Assembly: GCA_003166335.1 (NCBI GenBank)
Contig: PMWA01000025.1
Span: 11,005 to 28,669 of the forward strand
DNA: 17,665 nucleotides
Source of the DNA: Methanobacterium sp.
GTDB taxonomy: Archaea; Methanobacteriota; Methanobacteria; Methanobacteriales; Methanobacteriaceae
Direction of reading: 5' to 3'
The notes under the pieces were generated by a model. The model saw only the letters and a program-made list of their open reading frames with translations, ran no database searches and had not been told where the DNA came from. Made by a program: the position numbers and the translations under genes. The first letter of the stretch is position 1; every line of letters starts with the position of its first letter. Shown in pieces: positions 1 through 9,499 of this stretch.

Positions 1-123
1 GATGAATCTGCGGAATCTGAGGAAACATCCAAAGATGTTGAAAATGACTCCGATTCGGATGAACCGTCTAATGAATCAAATACTGAATCAAAAGACGAAC
101 CTGGAGAAGAATCTTCAAATTAA
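1..123 (+). CDS. rps3p: 3' end of a CDS with an acidic low-complexity tail; by position 30S ribosomal protein uS3 (partial)
   Basis: Frame 1 reads DESAESEETSKDVENDSDSDEPSNESNTESKDEPGEESSN then TAA at 121-123. The identity is inferred only from its position directly upstream of uL29; no conserved uS3 core is in the window. Confidence 0.7.
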   Translation, partial: DESAESEETSKDVENDSDSDEPSNESNTESKDEPGEESSN

Positions 124-188
124 ATGAATAGAAGAGGTTATTCTATTAAATTGAGAATCACAATTATAAAAAAAGGATGTATAAAAAA

Positions 189-395
189 ATGGTAATACTA
201 AGAAGTAGAGAAATTAGGGCAATGGAGATAGTGGAAATCCAGAAGAAACTGGATGAGCTCAAAGCAGAATATTCTAAAAATATTTCTAAAAATGCTGCTG
301 CTGGAGTATATGATAATCCAGGTAAAATTAAAGAACTCAAAAAAACCATTGCTCGCGTGCTTACCATAATAAATGAAAAAACGAAGGAGAACTAA
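189..395 (+). CDS. rpl29p: 50S ribosomal protein uL29
   Basis: [12 protein letters not shown]...[17 protein letters not shown] matches uL29. Start moved from 177 to ATG 189 because the purine-rich AAGGATG then sits at RBS distance. Confidence 0.95.
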   Translation: MVILRSREIRAMEIVEIQKKLDELKAEYSKNISKNAAAGVYDNPGKIKELKKTIARVLTIINEKTKEN

Positions 396-400
396 AATCG

Positions 401-739
401 ATGACAGTCTGTGAGATATGTGGCCTCCCTAAAGAACTCTGCGTATGTGAAGAGATAGCTAGGGAAATTCAAAAAGTTAAAGTCTACACAGTCAGAAGAA
501 GATTCGGGAAACTCATGACCATAGTAGAGGGGATTGATGAGCACGATATCGATATAAAAGAACTGACAAAGGAACTAAAAAATAAATGTGCTTGTGGGGG
601 AACTGCTAAGAATGGCCAAATTGAACTTCAAGGGGATCATAAAAGAAAAGTCAAGGAAGTTTTAGCCAATATGGGCTTTTCATCAGAAACCATTGAAATC
701 AAAGATAGGGATGAACGAAGAGGTAGAAAGAGACGTTAA
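401..739 (+). CDS. sui1: Translation initiation factor aIF1 (SUI1/YciH family)
   Basis: N-terminal [35 protein letters not shown] and IELQGDH motifs; conserved position between uL29 and Rpp29. Confidence 0.95.
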   Translation: MTVCEICGLPKELCVCEEIAREIQKVKVYTVRRRFGKLMTIVEGIDEHDIDIKELTKELKNKCACGGTAKNGQIELQGDHKRKVKEVLANMGFSSETIEIKDRDERRGRKRR

Positions 740-785
740 AAAATTTTTTGATCTCTTTATTTTAAATCCTACTATATGACAAATC

Positions 786-1067
786 ATGATTACACCACAG
801 AACATATTCCGGCACGAGTTTATAGGGCTAAAAGTTAAAGTCGTTGATAGTTCCCATGAAGGATTTAAAGGAATAAAAGGAAAAATTGTTGACGAAACCA
901 AAAATACCATTAAAATAGAAGATGATGAAGGGAATGAAAAAACTATTCCTAAAAATGTGGTAACTTTACATTTCAATTTACCTGATGGTAGTAAAATCGA
1001 AATTGATGGTAAAATAATCGTTGCTCGTCCAGAAGATAGGATTAAAAAAAGATTTAGGAAACATTGA
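786..1067 (+). CDS. rnp1: Ribonuclease P protein component 1 (Rpp29/Pop4)
   Basis: ITPQNIFRHEFIGLKVKV, GIKGKIVDETKNT and RPEDRIK motifs; canonical position upstream of uS17. Confidence 0.95.
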   Translation: MITPQNIFRHEFIGLKVKVVDSSHEGFKGIKGKIVDETKNTIKIEDDEGNEKTIPKNVVTLHFNLPDGSKIEIDGKIIVARPEDRIKKRFRKH

Positions 1068-1157
1068 TTAACAACAATGGTTTTGTGGATATAAAAAAAG
1101 TAATGAAATATTAAAAATTGATTAAATCTAAGTTGAATAGTTAATATGGTGATATTA

Positions 1158-1481
1158 ATGATTGGCATTGACGTTACAGAACCAAAAACAAAATGTGATG
1201 ATCCAAACTGCCCTTTTCATGGAAGTCTACCTGTACGGGGACAGATATTAGAAGGAATAGTAACCAGTGACAAGGCTGAAAGGACTATCACTGTAGAAAG
1301 AAGTTTTTATAAATTCATCAGTAAATACGAAAGATATGAGAAAAGAAAATCGAAGATAAATGCACATAAACCAGACTGTATAGATTTAAATGTTGGTGAC
1401 GCAGTGAAAATTGCAGAATGCAGATCTCTAAGTAAAACTAAACATTTTGTAGTGGTAGAAGTCAAGGGAGATAAAAAATGA
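1158..1481 (+). CDS. rps17p: 30S ribosomal protein uS17
   Basis: [36 protein letters not shown] and [21 protein letters not shown] at 1148-1152 supports ATG 1158. Confidence 0.96.
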   Translation: MIGIDVTEPKTKCDDPNCPFHGSLPVRGQILEGIVTSDKAERTITVERSFYKFISKYERYEKRKSKINAHKPDCIDLNVGDAVKIAECRSLSKTKHFVVVEVKGDKK

Positions 1482-1876
1482 AGGCTCTTACATCTAACGT
1501 TGCAAAATCACTGCCCATAGGTGCTAGATTACAGTGTGTGGATAATACTGGTGCACGAGAAGTAGAAATAATATCAGTTAAAGGATACAAGGGTGTTAGA
1601 AGAAGATTAGCCAGTGCCGGTGTAGGTGACATGATTGTGATCTCAGTGAAAAAGGGTAATGTTGAAATGCGGAGAGAAGTCACTACTGCAGTTGTAGTTA
1701 GACAAAAAAAGGAATTTAGGAGAGCAGATGGTCTTAGAGTAAAATTTGAAGATAATGCTGCAGTAATAATAAGTCCTGAAGGAGTCATTAAGGGTTCTGA
1801 AATAAGGGGACCAGTGGCTAAAGAAGCAGCTGACCGTTGGCCTGCTATAGGGAGTGCTGCCAGCATAATAGTTTAG
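1478..1876 (+). CDS. rpl14p: 50S ribosomal protein uL14
   Basis: [24 protein letters not shown] and [14 protein letters not shown] motifs; overlaps the uS17 3' end by 4 nt. Confidence 0.97.
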   Translation: MKALTSNVAKSLPIGARLQCVDNTGAREVEIISVKGYKGVRRRLASAGVGDMIVISVKKGNVEMRREVTTAVVVRQKKEFRRADGLRVKFEDNAAVIISPEGVIKGSEIRGPVAKEAADRWPAIGSAASIIV

Positions 1877-1941
1877 AATGATAAGATTTAGATCGTTCAA
1901 AAAATAATTATATTATATATTACTAATTTAAGGTGATTAAT

Positions 1942-2295
1942 ATGTCAAAACAGCCAAGAAAACAGAGAAAATTCCTCTATAATGCACCTTTACATGTGCG
2001 TCATAGATTAATGAGCGCAATTCTCTCTGAAGAGCTTAGAGAAAGATATGGGATAAGATCTCTTCCCGTGAAATCTGGAGACACCGTAGAGATTATGCGG
2101 GGGGATTTCAGGGAACATGAAGGAAAAGTGGAAAAAGTAGATCTTAAAAACTACCGACTTATGGTTGAAGGTGTTTTAGTACAGAAACCAGATGGAAATA
2201 AAGTTTATCACTCAATTCACCCTTCGAATGTAATGATAGTTGAATTGGATCTGGAAGATGAGGAAAGAAACGAATTAATAGAGAGGAAGGGATAA
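1942..2295 (+). CDS. rpl24p: 50S ribosomal protein uL24
   Basis: [21 protein letters not shown]-like [11 protein letters not shown] and [14 protein letters not shown] at 1931-1936 is the RBS, so the start is ATG 1942 rather than GTG 1933. Confidence 0.96.
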   Translation: MSKQPRKQRKFLYNAPLHVRHRLMSAILSEELRERYGIRSLPVKSGDTVEIMRGDFREHEGKVEKVDLKNYRLMVEGVLVQKPDGNKVYHSIHPSNVMIVELDLEDEERNELIERKG

Positions 2296-2297
2296 AA

Positions 2298-3023
2298 ATG
2301 GCCATAATGGGTTCAAGAAAACATCTTAAACGATATAAAGCTCCAGAAAACTGGCCAATTCATCCTAAAGAGTATAAATGGACAGTTAAAACAAATCCAG
2401 GACCTCATCCTTTAGATGGTTCAATACCTCTCTTAATTATAGTGAGAGATATATTAAAAGTAGCAGATACGGCTAGAGAAGCTAAAATAATTATAAATAA
2501 AGGATATATTCTGATAGATGGACGAGTTATAAAAGATTACAAGTTCCCCGTAGGATTCATGGATGTAATCGAAATACCAAAATCTGCAAAGGTATACCGA
2601 GTGCTTCCAGATGAAAAAGGACGATTAACACTCCATCCCATATCTTCAGAAAACAAAGAATTTAAACTATGCCGTATTGAAAATAAAACAACAACCAAAG
2701 GTGGTAAAACACAGTTAAACCTCCATGATGGTAGAAACTGCCTATCGGAGGATTCACTTAAACCAGCTGATGTTATAATGCTCAAGATTCCTGAACAAGA
2801 AATTCAGGACCATATAAAATTTGAAAATGGTACAATCGGTCTTATAACTGGCGGAAAACATATTGGGGAAATTGGCAGCATTAAAGAAATAACTATTACC
2901 AAATCATCTATGCCAAACACTGTAGTCATAGAAAGTGAAAGAAAAACATTCCAAACCCTCAAAGATTATGTTTTTGTGTTAGGCAAGGATAAAACTGTGA
3001 TTTCACTTCCAGGAGGTTTTTAA
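2298..3023 (+). CDS. rps4e: 30S ribosomal protein eS4
   Basis: GSRKHLKR, PGPHP, FPVGFMDVI, QLNLHDGRN and ITGGKHIG motifs. Confidence 0.97.
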   Translation: MAIMGSRKHLKRYKAPENWPIHPKEYKWTVKTNPGPHPLDGSIPLLIIVRDILKVADTAREAKIIINKGYILIDGRVIKDYKFPVGFMDVIEIPKSAKVYRVLPDEKGRLTLHPISSENKEFKLCRIENKTTTKGGKTQLNLHDGRNCLSEDSLKPADVIMLKIPEQEIQDHIKFENGTIGLITGGKHIGEIGSIKEITITKSSMPNTVVIESERKTFQTLKDYVFVLGKDKTVISLPGGF

Positions 3024-3530
3024 ATGAATCCCATGGAAGAAGTAAAGATAGCCAAAGCTACTATTAATATTGGCGTAGGTGAAGGTGGAGAAAAACTTGC
3101 TAAAGCAGAAAAACTCTTAACCAACATCACTAATCAGAAACCAGTTCGTACTTATTCTAAAGTTACCAATCCCGAATTTGGTATTAGAAGAGGTCAACCT
3201 ATAGCTTGCAAAGTTACTTTAAGGCATGAAAAAGCAGTTAAAGCTGTTAAATTGATTTTGGATGGTGTAGGTAACAGACTTAAATCCAGCCAATTCGACA
3301 GTCAAGGTAATGTTTCTTTCGGAATAGAGGAACACATAGAAATCCCGGGAATGCGATACGACCCGGACATAGGAATATTTGGGATGAATGTTTCAGTAAC
3401 CTTTGAAAAACCAGGTTATAGAATAAAAAGAAGGAAAATTCAACGTAAAAATGTTCCCACAAAACATCAGGTCGCCTCTGAGGAGACCATTCAGTTTATG
3501 CAGGACAAATTCCAAGTTGAGATAGAATAG
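3024..3530 (+). CDS. rpl5p: 50S ribosomal protein uL5
   Basis: [32 protein letters not shown] and [10 protein letters not shown] motifs. Confidence 0.97.
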   Translation: MNPMEEVKIAKATINIGVGEGGEKLAKAEKLLTNITNQKPVRTYSKVTNPEFGIRRGQPIACKVTLRHEKAVKAVKLILDGVGNRLKSSQFDSQGNVSFGIEEHIEIPGMRYDPDIGIFGMNVSVTFEKPGYRIKRRKIQRKNVPTKHQVASEETIQFMQDKFQVEIE

Positions 3531-3538
3531 GTGGTAAA

Positions 3539-3682
3539 TTGCCAAGAAAATATGGAAAAGCATCAAGAAAATGTAGAAGATGTGGGGATCATTCAGCCCT
3601 TGTGAGAAGATACGGGCTTATGTTATGCAGACAATGCTTCAGAGAACTCGCATCAAAAATAGGATTTAAAAAATATAATTAG
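3539..3682 (+). CDS. rps14p: 30S ribosomal protein uS14, zinc-binding type (47 aa; not in ORF track)
   Basis: Translated by hand from TTG 3539: [50 protein letters not shown] 3680-3682. It has CxxC...CxxC, an AGGTGG RBS just upstream, and the canonical position between uL5 and uS8. Confidence 0.95.
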   Translation: MPRKYGKASRKCRRCGDHSALVRRYGLMLCRQCFRELASKIGFKKYN

Positions 3683-3693
3683 AGGTGCAATTT

Positions 3694-4086
3694 ATGACTC
3701 TTATGGATCCTCTGTCAAATGCTCTTACAAACATGCGTAACAACGAGATGCAGGGAAACAAGAGATGCACTATCTCTCCAGCATCTAAAATGATTGGTCA
3801 TGTTCTAAGGACCATGCAAAAAGAAGGATATATTGGTGAATTCGAGTTTGTGGATGATGGTAAGGCAGGACAATTCATAGTTGAATTAGAAGGTAATATA
3901 AACAAATGTGGTGTTATAAAGCCTAGACACGCCATAAAAAATGATGAATTTGAAAAATTTGAAAAAAGATATCTACCAGCCAAAAACTTTGGTATTATAA
4001 TCATGACAACCCCTCAAGGAATCATGACTCACAAAGATGCTAAAGATAAAGGCATCGGTGGTAGGCTTTTGGTATATATTTATTAA
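3694..4086 (+). CDS. rps8p: 30S ribosomal protein uS8
   Basis: [34 protein letters not shown] and GGRLL. GAGGTG at 3682-3687 is the RBS, so the start is ATG 3694. Confidence 0.96.
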   Translation: MTLMDPLSNALTNMRNNEMQGNKRCTISPASKMIGHVLRTMQKEGYIGEFEFVDDGKAGQFIVELEGNINKCGVIKPRHAIKNDEFEKFEKRYLPAKNFGIIIMTTPQGIMTHKDAKDKGIGGRLLVYIY

Positions 4087-4097
4087 GGTGATAAAAA

Positions 4098-4634
4098 ATG
4101 GCTCAAGCAGTAGTGATTCTTAGGGAAGAAATTCCTATACCCGAGGGTATTGAAGTTACCATCACCGATGAGGTGGCTGTAACTGGATCAAAGGGTGAGC
4201 TTAAAAGGAATTTTAAGCAGAGAGCAATTAAAATTTTGAAAGATGATGGAAATATTGTTTTAGAAGCTCAATTCCCTAAAAAAAGAGATAAAGCCATGCT
4301 GGGAACTATAAAATCCCACATAAATAATATGATTATAGGTTTAACTGATGGATTTACTTACAAAATGAAGATTGTTTACGCTCACTTTCCAATGACTGTA
4401 AAAGTTAATGAAGGTAAAGTTATCATCGAAAATTTCCTCGGTGAAAGGCATCCGCGGACTGCTAAGATTTTAAGCGATACAAAAGTCCAGATTAAGGGTG
4501 ATGAGGTTATTGTAAGTGGTGTTAACAAGGAAGATGTGGGACAAACAATGGCTAACATTGAACAGGCCACTAAGATAAAAGGTAGGGATCCTAGGGTATT
4601 CCAAGATGGAATATACCTTGTAGAAAAACTTTAA
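4098..4634 (+). CDS. rpl6p: 50S ribosomal protein uL6
   Basis: YAHFPM, NFLGERHPR, VGQTMANIEQ and DPRVFQDGIY motifs; AGGTGA RBS. Confidence 0.97.
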   Translation: MAQAVVILREEIPIPEGIEVTITDEVAVTGSKGELKRNFKQRAIKILKDDGNIVLEAQFPKKRDKAMLGTIKSHINNMIIGLTDGFTYKMKIVYAHFPMTVKVNEGKVIIENFLGERHPRTAKILSDTKVQIKGDEVIVSGVNKEDVGQTMANIEQATKIKGRDPRVFQDGIYLVEKL

Positions 4635-4646
4635 GGTGATCCAAAA

Positions 4647-4982
4647 ATGAAAAAACCACATTTTAAACGACAGGAATGGCACAGATACAAAAAACTTGGA
4701 GATAAATGGAGAAAAGCCCGGGGAAAAACCAGTAAAAGGAGAAGATATGAGGCAAGGAAACCAGCGATGCCTACTATTGGTTACGGATCTCCCAAAAAAA
4801 CTAGGGGATTACATCCTTCTGGATATCAGGATGTGTTGATTTCTAACATGATGGAACTAGAAAGTTTAAATTCAGAAACCCAAGCAGGGAGAATCAGTTC
4901 CAAAATAGGTAAAAGAAAAAAGGAAATCATGCTTGAGAAAGCACAGGAACTAAAAATTAAAATCCTGAATAAGGGACTATAA
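4647..4982 (+). CDS. rpl32e: 50S ribosomal protein eL32
   Basis: KPHFKRQEWHRYKKL, WRKARG and IGYGSPKKTRGLHPSG motifs; AGGTGA RBS. Confidence 0.96.
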   Translation: MKKPHFKRQEWHRYKKLGDKWRKARGKTSKRRRYEARKPAMPTIGYGSPKKTRGLHPSGYQDVLISNMMELESLNSETQAGRISSKIGKRKKEIMLEKAQELKIKILNKGL

Positions 4983-5045
4983 ACAGGACAAACTTAATAG
5001 ATGTCTAAAAAATGCTTATCATCAAAAATCTGATATGAGACAGCC

Positions 5046-5067
5046 AAAAAAAGATAGAATTTATATA
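5046..5067 (+). promoter_or_regulatory. Putative internal archaeal promoter (purine-rich BRE-like stretch plus TATA box TTTATATA at 5060-5067) upstream of eL19
   Basis: AAAAAAAGATAGAA is followed by TTTATATA in the largest spacer of the operon. Expected start site about 5090. The AT-rich background lowers specificity. Confidence 0.5.
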
Positions 5068-5242
5068 ATGGATGTAAAAGATATGCATCTTAATTTTTAA
5101 TCCTAAAAGTATAGATGAACCATGAAGTATTGATTAAAAATGTAATTTGAGGAACTTAAAATGGTTCTAATTTTTGGGATGTATAAAAAATTTTGATCAA
5201 TCACATTTTTTTAATTTGGTTGATTGAGAGGGAGGTTTCTTT

Positions 5243-5689
5243 ATGAATCTTACTACTCAAAAAAGATTAGCTGCGGATATACTCAAAGTAGGAGTAAACC
5301 GGGTTTGGATAGATCCTGAAAACATAGAGGAAGTATCACGGGCTATAACTAGAGAAGGGGTAAAACAACTTATAGATAATAAGATTATAATAGCAAGACC
5401 CCAGAAGGGTATAAGCAGCTACAGATCAAAGAAAATTGCAGAACAAAAAAAGAAAGGAAGAAGAAAAGGCCGCGGTAGTATAAAAGGAGCTAAAGGCGCT
5501 AGAAACCCTAAAAAGAAAGCTTGGATGACTACTATAAGGGCTTTAAGGAAAGACTTAAAGGGCATGAGGGATAACCGGGACATAAATAGAACCACCTATA
5601 GGAAACTTTATAGAATGGCTAAGGGTGGTGCATTCCGAAGCAAATCCTACATGAAAACCTACGCTAGGGATCATGACCTTCTAAGATAA
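5243..5689 (+). CDS. rpl19e: 50S ribosomal protein eL19
   Basis: MNLTTQKRLAADILKVGVNRVWIDP, GRRKGRGSIKG and YRKLYRMAKGG motifs; GGAGGT RBS at 5231-5236. Confidence 0.97.
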   Translation: MNLTTQKRLAADILKVGVNRVWIDPENIEEVSRAITREGVKQLIDNKIIIARPQKGISSYRSKKIAEQKKKGRRKGRGSIKGAKGARNPKKKAWMTTIRALRKDLKGMRDNRDINRTTYRKLYRMAKGGAFRSKSYMKTYARDHDLLR

Positions 5690-5705
5690 ACAGGGGATTT
5701 TATAA

Positions 5706-6290
5706 ATGGCACACGGATCAAGATATAAATTAGCATTTAAAAGAAGAAAAGAAGGAAAAACAAATTATAACGCAAGATTAAAACTTATAACGTTAGACAA
5801 TTCCAGAATGGTCGTAAGGATTACTAATCAGCATGTAATATCACAAATAATAAAAGTCAGTTCCAAAGGAGATGAAACTTTAGTTTCAGCTAATTCTAAG
5901 GAACTGGAAAAATTCGGATGGAAGGGTAATGGAAAAAACACTTCTGCTGCTTATCTCACTGGATTTTTATTTGGAAAAAAATCTTTAATAGAAGGAATAG
6001 ACGAGGCAACATTAGATATAGGTTTAAAATCTTCCATCAGGGGTTCAAAAGTATTTGCAGTTCTTAAGGGAGCTGTAGATGCCGGACTTAATGTACCATA
6101 TAATGATAAAATTTTACCTGATGATGAAAGAATTAACGGCACTAAATTTGCTGAATACGCCAAAAACCTCAACGAAAATGAACTTAAAGAAAAGTTTTCA
6201 CATTATTTAGAGAGGGATTTTTCACCTGTAGACCTACCTAATCACTTTGAAACGGTTAAAAATAAGATTGAAACCGAGGTATCATCATGA
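5706..6290 (+). CDS. rpl18p: 50S ribosomal protein uL18
   Basis: [26 protein letters not shown] and [15 protein letters not shown] motifs. Confidence 0.97.
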   Translation: MAHGSRYKLAFKRRKEGKTNYNARLKLITLDNSRMVVRITNQHVISQIIKVSSKGDETLVSANSKELEKFGWKGNGKNTSAAYLTGFLFGKKSLIEGIDEATLDIGLKSSIRGSKVFAVLKGAVDAGLNVPYNDKILPDDERINGTKFAEYAKNLNENELKEKFSHYLERDFSPVDLPNHFETVKNKIETEVSS

Positions 6291-6928
6291 GTAATGAAGA
6301 ATGGGAGCCTAAAACAAATCTGGGACGTATTGTAAAGGAAGGTAATATAACAGATATAGATGAAATTTTTGAGAGAGGCCTTCCTATAATGGAACTGGAG
6401 ATAGTAGATGCACTGCTACCAGATCTAGAAGAAGAAGTAATGGATGTTAATCTTGTCCAGAGAATGCATAAATCTGGTAGAAAAGTTAATTTCCGCGTTA
6501 TAGTAGCTGTAGGTAATAAAAATGGGTATGTTGGTTTAGGACAGGGCAAAGCCAAAGAAGTAGGTCCCGCCATAAGAAAAGCCGTTGATGATGCTAAATA
6601 TAATATAATAAAAGTTAGAAGAGGCTGCGGTGATTGGGGATGTGTTTGTGGGAAAGAACATACCGTTCCATTTAAGGTAGAAGGAAAAGTTGGAAGTGTA
6701 AGAGTAACTCTTATGCCCGCCCCTGGTGGGGTGGGACTAGCTTTAGGAAACGTAGGTAAAACCATCCTCAGACTAGCCGGTATAGATGATGTCTGGTCTC
6801 AAACTCGAGGTCAAACTCAAACCACTATAAACTTTGCAGGAGCAGTTTTCGAAGCCCTGAAGCATTTGAGTACTGTTAAAGCAAGTAAATCGGATCTAGA
6901 AAATCTTGGAGTGGAATGTCCTTATTAA
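6287..6928 (+). CDS. rps5p: 30S ribosomal protein uS5
   Basis: [42 protein letters not shown] and LAGIDDVW motifs; ATGA overlap with uL18. Confidence 0.97.
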   Translation: MSNEEWEPKTNLGRIVKEGNITDIDEIFERGLPIMELEIVDALLPDLEEEVMDVNLVQRMHKSGRKVNFRVIVAVGNKNGYVGLGQGKAKEVGPAIRKAVDDAKYNIIKVRRGCGDWGCVCGKEHTVPFKVEGKVGSVRVTLMPAPGGVGLALGNVGKTILRLAGIDDVWSQTRGQTQTTINFAGAVFEALKHLSTVKASKSDLENLGVECPY

Positions 6929-6991
6929 ATCCATAAAAAGCTCAGAGAATTTTTTAGAACACAATTGACAATATTATAAGGTGATAAAAAA

Positions 6992-7447
6992 ATGATTGCA
7001 GCCATAAGAATAAGGGGCAGAACAGGTTTAAAAAGAGAAATTGAGGATACCATGAAGATGCTGCGGCTTACTAGAATAAATCATGCCGTTATGCTTGATG
7101 AAAATCCTAATTATCTGGGAATGCTCAGGAAGGCAAAAGATTATATAACTTGGGGTGAAATCAGGGAAGACACTATTATTAAGGTTATAAGTAAAAGAGG
7201 AAAGCTCCCCGGCGGTGTCCAAGTTACAGAAGAATATTTAAAAGAGAACACTGATTACTCTTCCATTGAAGAACTTTCCAAAGCAGTGATTGAAGGTGCA
7301 AAACTAGAAAAATCTGGCGTAAAACCTATTTTTAGATTACATCCCCCTCGTAAAGGTTATAAAAACATTAAAAAAACCTACAATGAAGGCGGAAGTTTAG
7401 GATACCGGGGAGAAAATATAGAAGAACTCATAAATAAAATGATTTAA
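6992..7447 (+). CDS. rpl30p: 50S ribosomal protein uL30 (long archaeal form)
   Basis: AAIRIRG, GMLRKAKDYITWGE, FRLHPPRKG and LGYRGE motifs; AGGTGA RBS. Confidence 0.96.
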   Translation: MIAAIRIRGRTGLKREIEDTMKMLRLTRINHAVMLDENPNYLGMLRKAKDYITWGEIREDTIIKVISKRGKLPGGVQVTEEYLKENTDYSSIEELSKAVIEGAKLEKSGVKPIFRLHPPRKGYKNIKKTYNEGGSLGYRGENIEELINKMI

Positions 7448-7573
7448 GTACCCTAAAATTTTTCCTGATCCAAAAAAAGGAAATGAGATTAAAATCATTA
7501 ATTAAAAAATAATAAATCTCTATTAAAAAGAGACTTTAAGAAATTTAAACTTAAGTTAAAGGTTTGATCACGA

Positions 7574-8011
7574 ATGATAAGAAAAACTAAAAAAATATGT
7601 AAAATGCGAGGCTCAAGAACCGTGGGAGGAGGTTGCTCCAAGATGAGGAGAGGAGCAGGCCACCGTGGTGGAAGAGGAATGTCTGGAGGTCACAAACACA
7701 TGTGGACTTGGATAGTTAAATATGATCCCAAACATTATGGAAAATACGGTTTTAAAAGACCTCAAAAAACTATAAAAAGATTTAAAACAGTAAATCTTGA
7801 TTTCATAGATGAAAAAGCAGCCGGAATGGTTGATAAGAACTTAGCAATCCAAGAAAATGGGATTATAGTGATAGATGTAACCGAGTTGGGATATAATAAA
7901 GTATTGGGAAATGGTAAAATCACACAGCCACTTAAAATCAAATCCCCTAAATTTTCACAGACGGCGTTAAATAAGATTGAAAATGCTGGTGGAGAGGCAG
8001 TCGTCATTTAA
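7574..8011 (+). CDS. rpl15p: 50S ribosomal protein uL15
   Basis: RGSRTVGGG, RGAGHRGGRG, YGKYGFKRP, KVLGNG and KIENAGG motifs. Confidence 0.96.
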   Translation: MIRKTKKICKMRGSRTVGGGCSKMRRGAGHRGGRGMSGGHKHMWTWIVKYDPKHYGKYGFKRPQKTIKRFKTVNLDFIDEKAAGMVDKNLAIQENGIIVIDVTELGYNKVLGNGKITQPLKIKSPKFSQTALNKIENAGGEAVVI

Positions 8012-8095
8012 AAAATTTATTTTATAAACTATCAAATTATTCAATTTACAAATTAAAGACTGATTATAATATTTTTCAAGTAAGGAGTGAAATCA

Positions 8096-9433
8096 TTGAT
8101 TGAAAAGCTGGAGCCTATTTTTTCCCTTATCCCTCAGGTTAAATCACCTGATTATAGGGTTCCATTTAGGGAAAAGCTTAAATGGACGGGAATAATCCTC
8201 ATATTATATTTTATTTTGGGTATAGTAGCTTTATATGGCCTAAGCCCTACAGCTGTGGACCAATTCGGAGGACTTCGAGCCGTACTGGCTGGTAGCTTCG
8301 GTTCTATCATCACTTTAGGTATAGGGCCCATAGTTTCCGCATCCATCATATTGCAGCTCCTGGTTGGGGGAAAAATTATTGATCTAGATCTTAGCCAACC
8401 AAGAGATAAAGTTATATTCCAGGGTACTCAGAAACTCCTTGCAATCTTATTTACAATATTTGAAGCTGCAGTATTAGTTCTCAGTGGTGCACTACCCCCC
8501 GCTGATCCCTCATTTACAGGGATATTACTACTACAAATCATCATTGGAGGAGTACTCATTATATTCCTTGATGAAGTTGTATCCAAATGGGGATTTGGAA
8601 GTGGTGTAGGGTTATTCATAGCAGCAGGAGTGGCTCAAACAATCATTGTAGGAACATTTAACCCTCTCTCCTCACCAACATCTCCCGGAGTACCTGCCGG
8701 AGCACTGCCTCATTTCATATACACCTTAACAACAAGTTCACCTGATTTAAGCCTTCTATTACCTGTGTTTGCTGTTATAGTGGTATTCGCCGTGGTTGTT
8801 TATGCTGAAAGTATGCGAGTAGAGATACCAGTATCTTACGGTGGTGTTAAAGGAGCACGTGGAAAGTATCCTCTTAGATTCATATATGCTAGTAATATGC
8901 CGGTTATATTAACCAGTGCACTTCTCTTGAACGTGCAACTTTTCGCAGAAATGTTCCAGAAATTAGGTTTCCCCATTCTAGGTACAGTCTCTAATGGTAA
9001 AGCAATAAGCGGTTTAGCCTTATTACTCACATATCCTACTGTTAGTACAATATTCACTAATCCATTGGAAGTGATAGTCTTTGGAATAGTGTTTGTAGCG
9101 TCATGTATATTATTCGCCTGGTTATGGGTTGAGTTAAGTGGAATCGGCCCTAAACAGGTTTCAAAGCAGTTATATCAGATGGGTATGCAGATTCCAGGTT
9201 TCCGAAGTAGTAGAGGACATTTCGAGAGAATTCTTCAAAAGTACATTCCTGCTATAACTATAATGGGTGGTGCATTTGTAGGTTTCCTAGCCTTCGGAGC
9301 AGATCTCACGGGTGCTCTAGGTGGAGGTACAGGAGTTCTGCTTACGGTGGGTATAGTATACAGATTATATGAAGAATTAGCCCAAGAACAGATGATGGAT
9401 ATGCACCCTATGCTCAGAAAGTTTTTGGAATAA
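8096..9433 (+). CDS. secY: Preprotein translocase subunit SecY (Sec61alpha)
   Basis: Multi-pass membrane protein with LGIGPIVSASIILQLL, SKWGFGSGVGLFI, YASNMPVIL, QIPGFR and GTGVLLTVGI. GGAGTGA at 8084-8090 looks like the RBS, so TTG 8096 is the likelier start than GTG 8087. Confidence 0.97.
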   Translation: MIEKLEPIFSLIPQVKSPDYRVPFREKLKWTGIILILYFILGIVALYGLSPTAVDQFGGLRAVLAGSFGSIITLGIGPIVSASIILQLLVGGKIIDLDLSQPRDKVIFQGTQKLLAILFTIFEAAVLVLSGALPPADPSFTGILLLQIIIGGVLIIFLDEVVSKWGFGSGVGLFIAAGVAQTIIVGTFNPLSSPTSPGVPAGALPHFIYTLTTSSPDLSLLLPVFAVIVVFAVVVYAESMRVEIPVSYGGVKGARGKYPLRFIYASNMPVILTSALLLNVQLFAEMFQKLGFPILGTVSNGKAISGLALLLTYPTVSTIFTNPLEVIVFGIVFVASCILFAWLWVELSGIGPKQVSKQLYQMGMQIPGFRSSRGHFERILQKYIPAITIMGGAFVGFLAFGADLTGALGGGTGVLLTVGIVYRLYEELAQEQMMDMHPMLRKFLE

Positions 9434-9499
9434 AAAAAATAGAGTTAAGATAAAATTTTATAAAATAAATATATCAAAATTCAAGAGAGGATTTATAGG

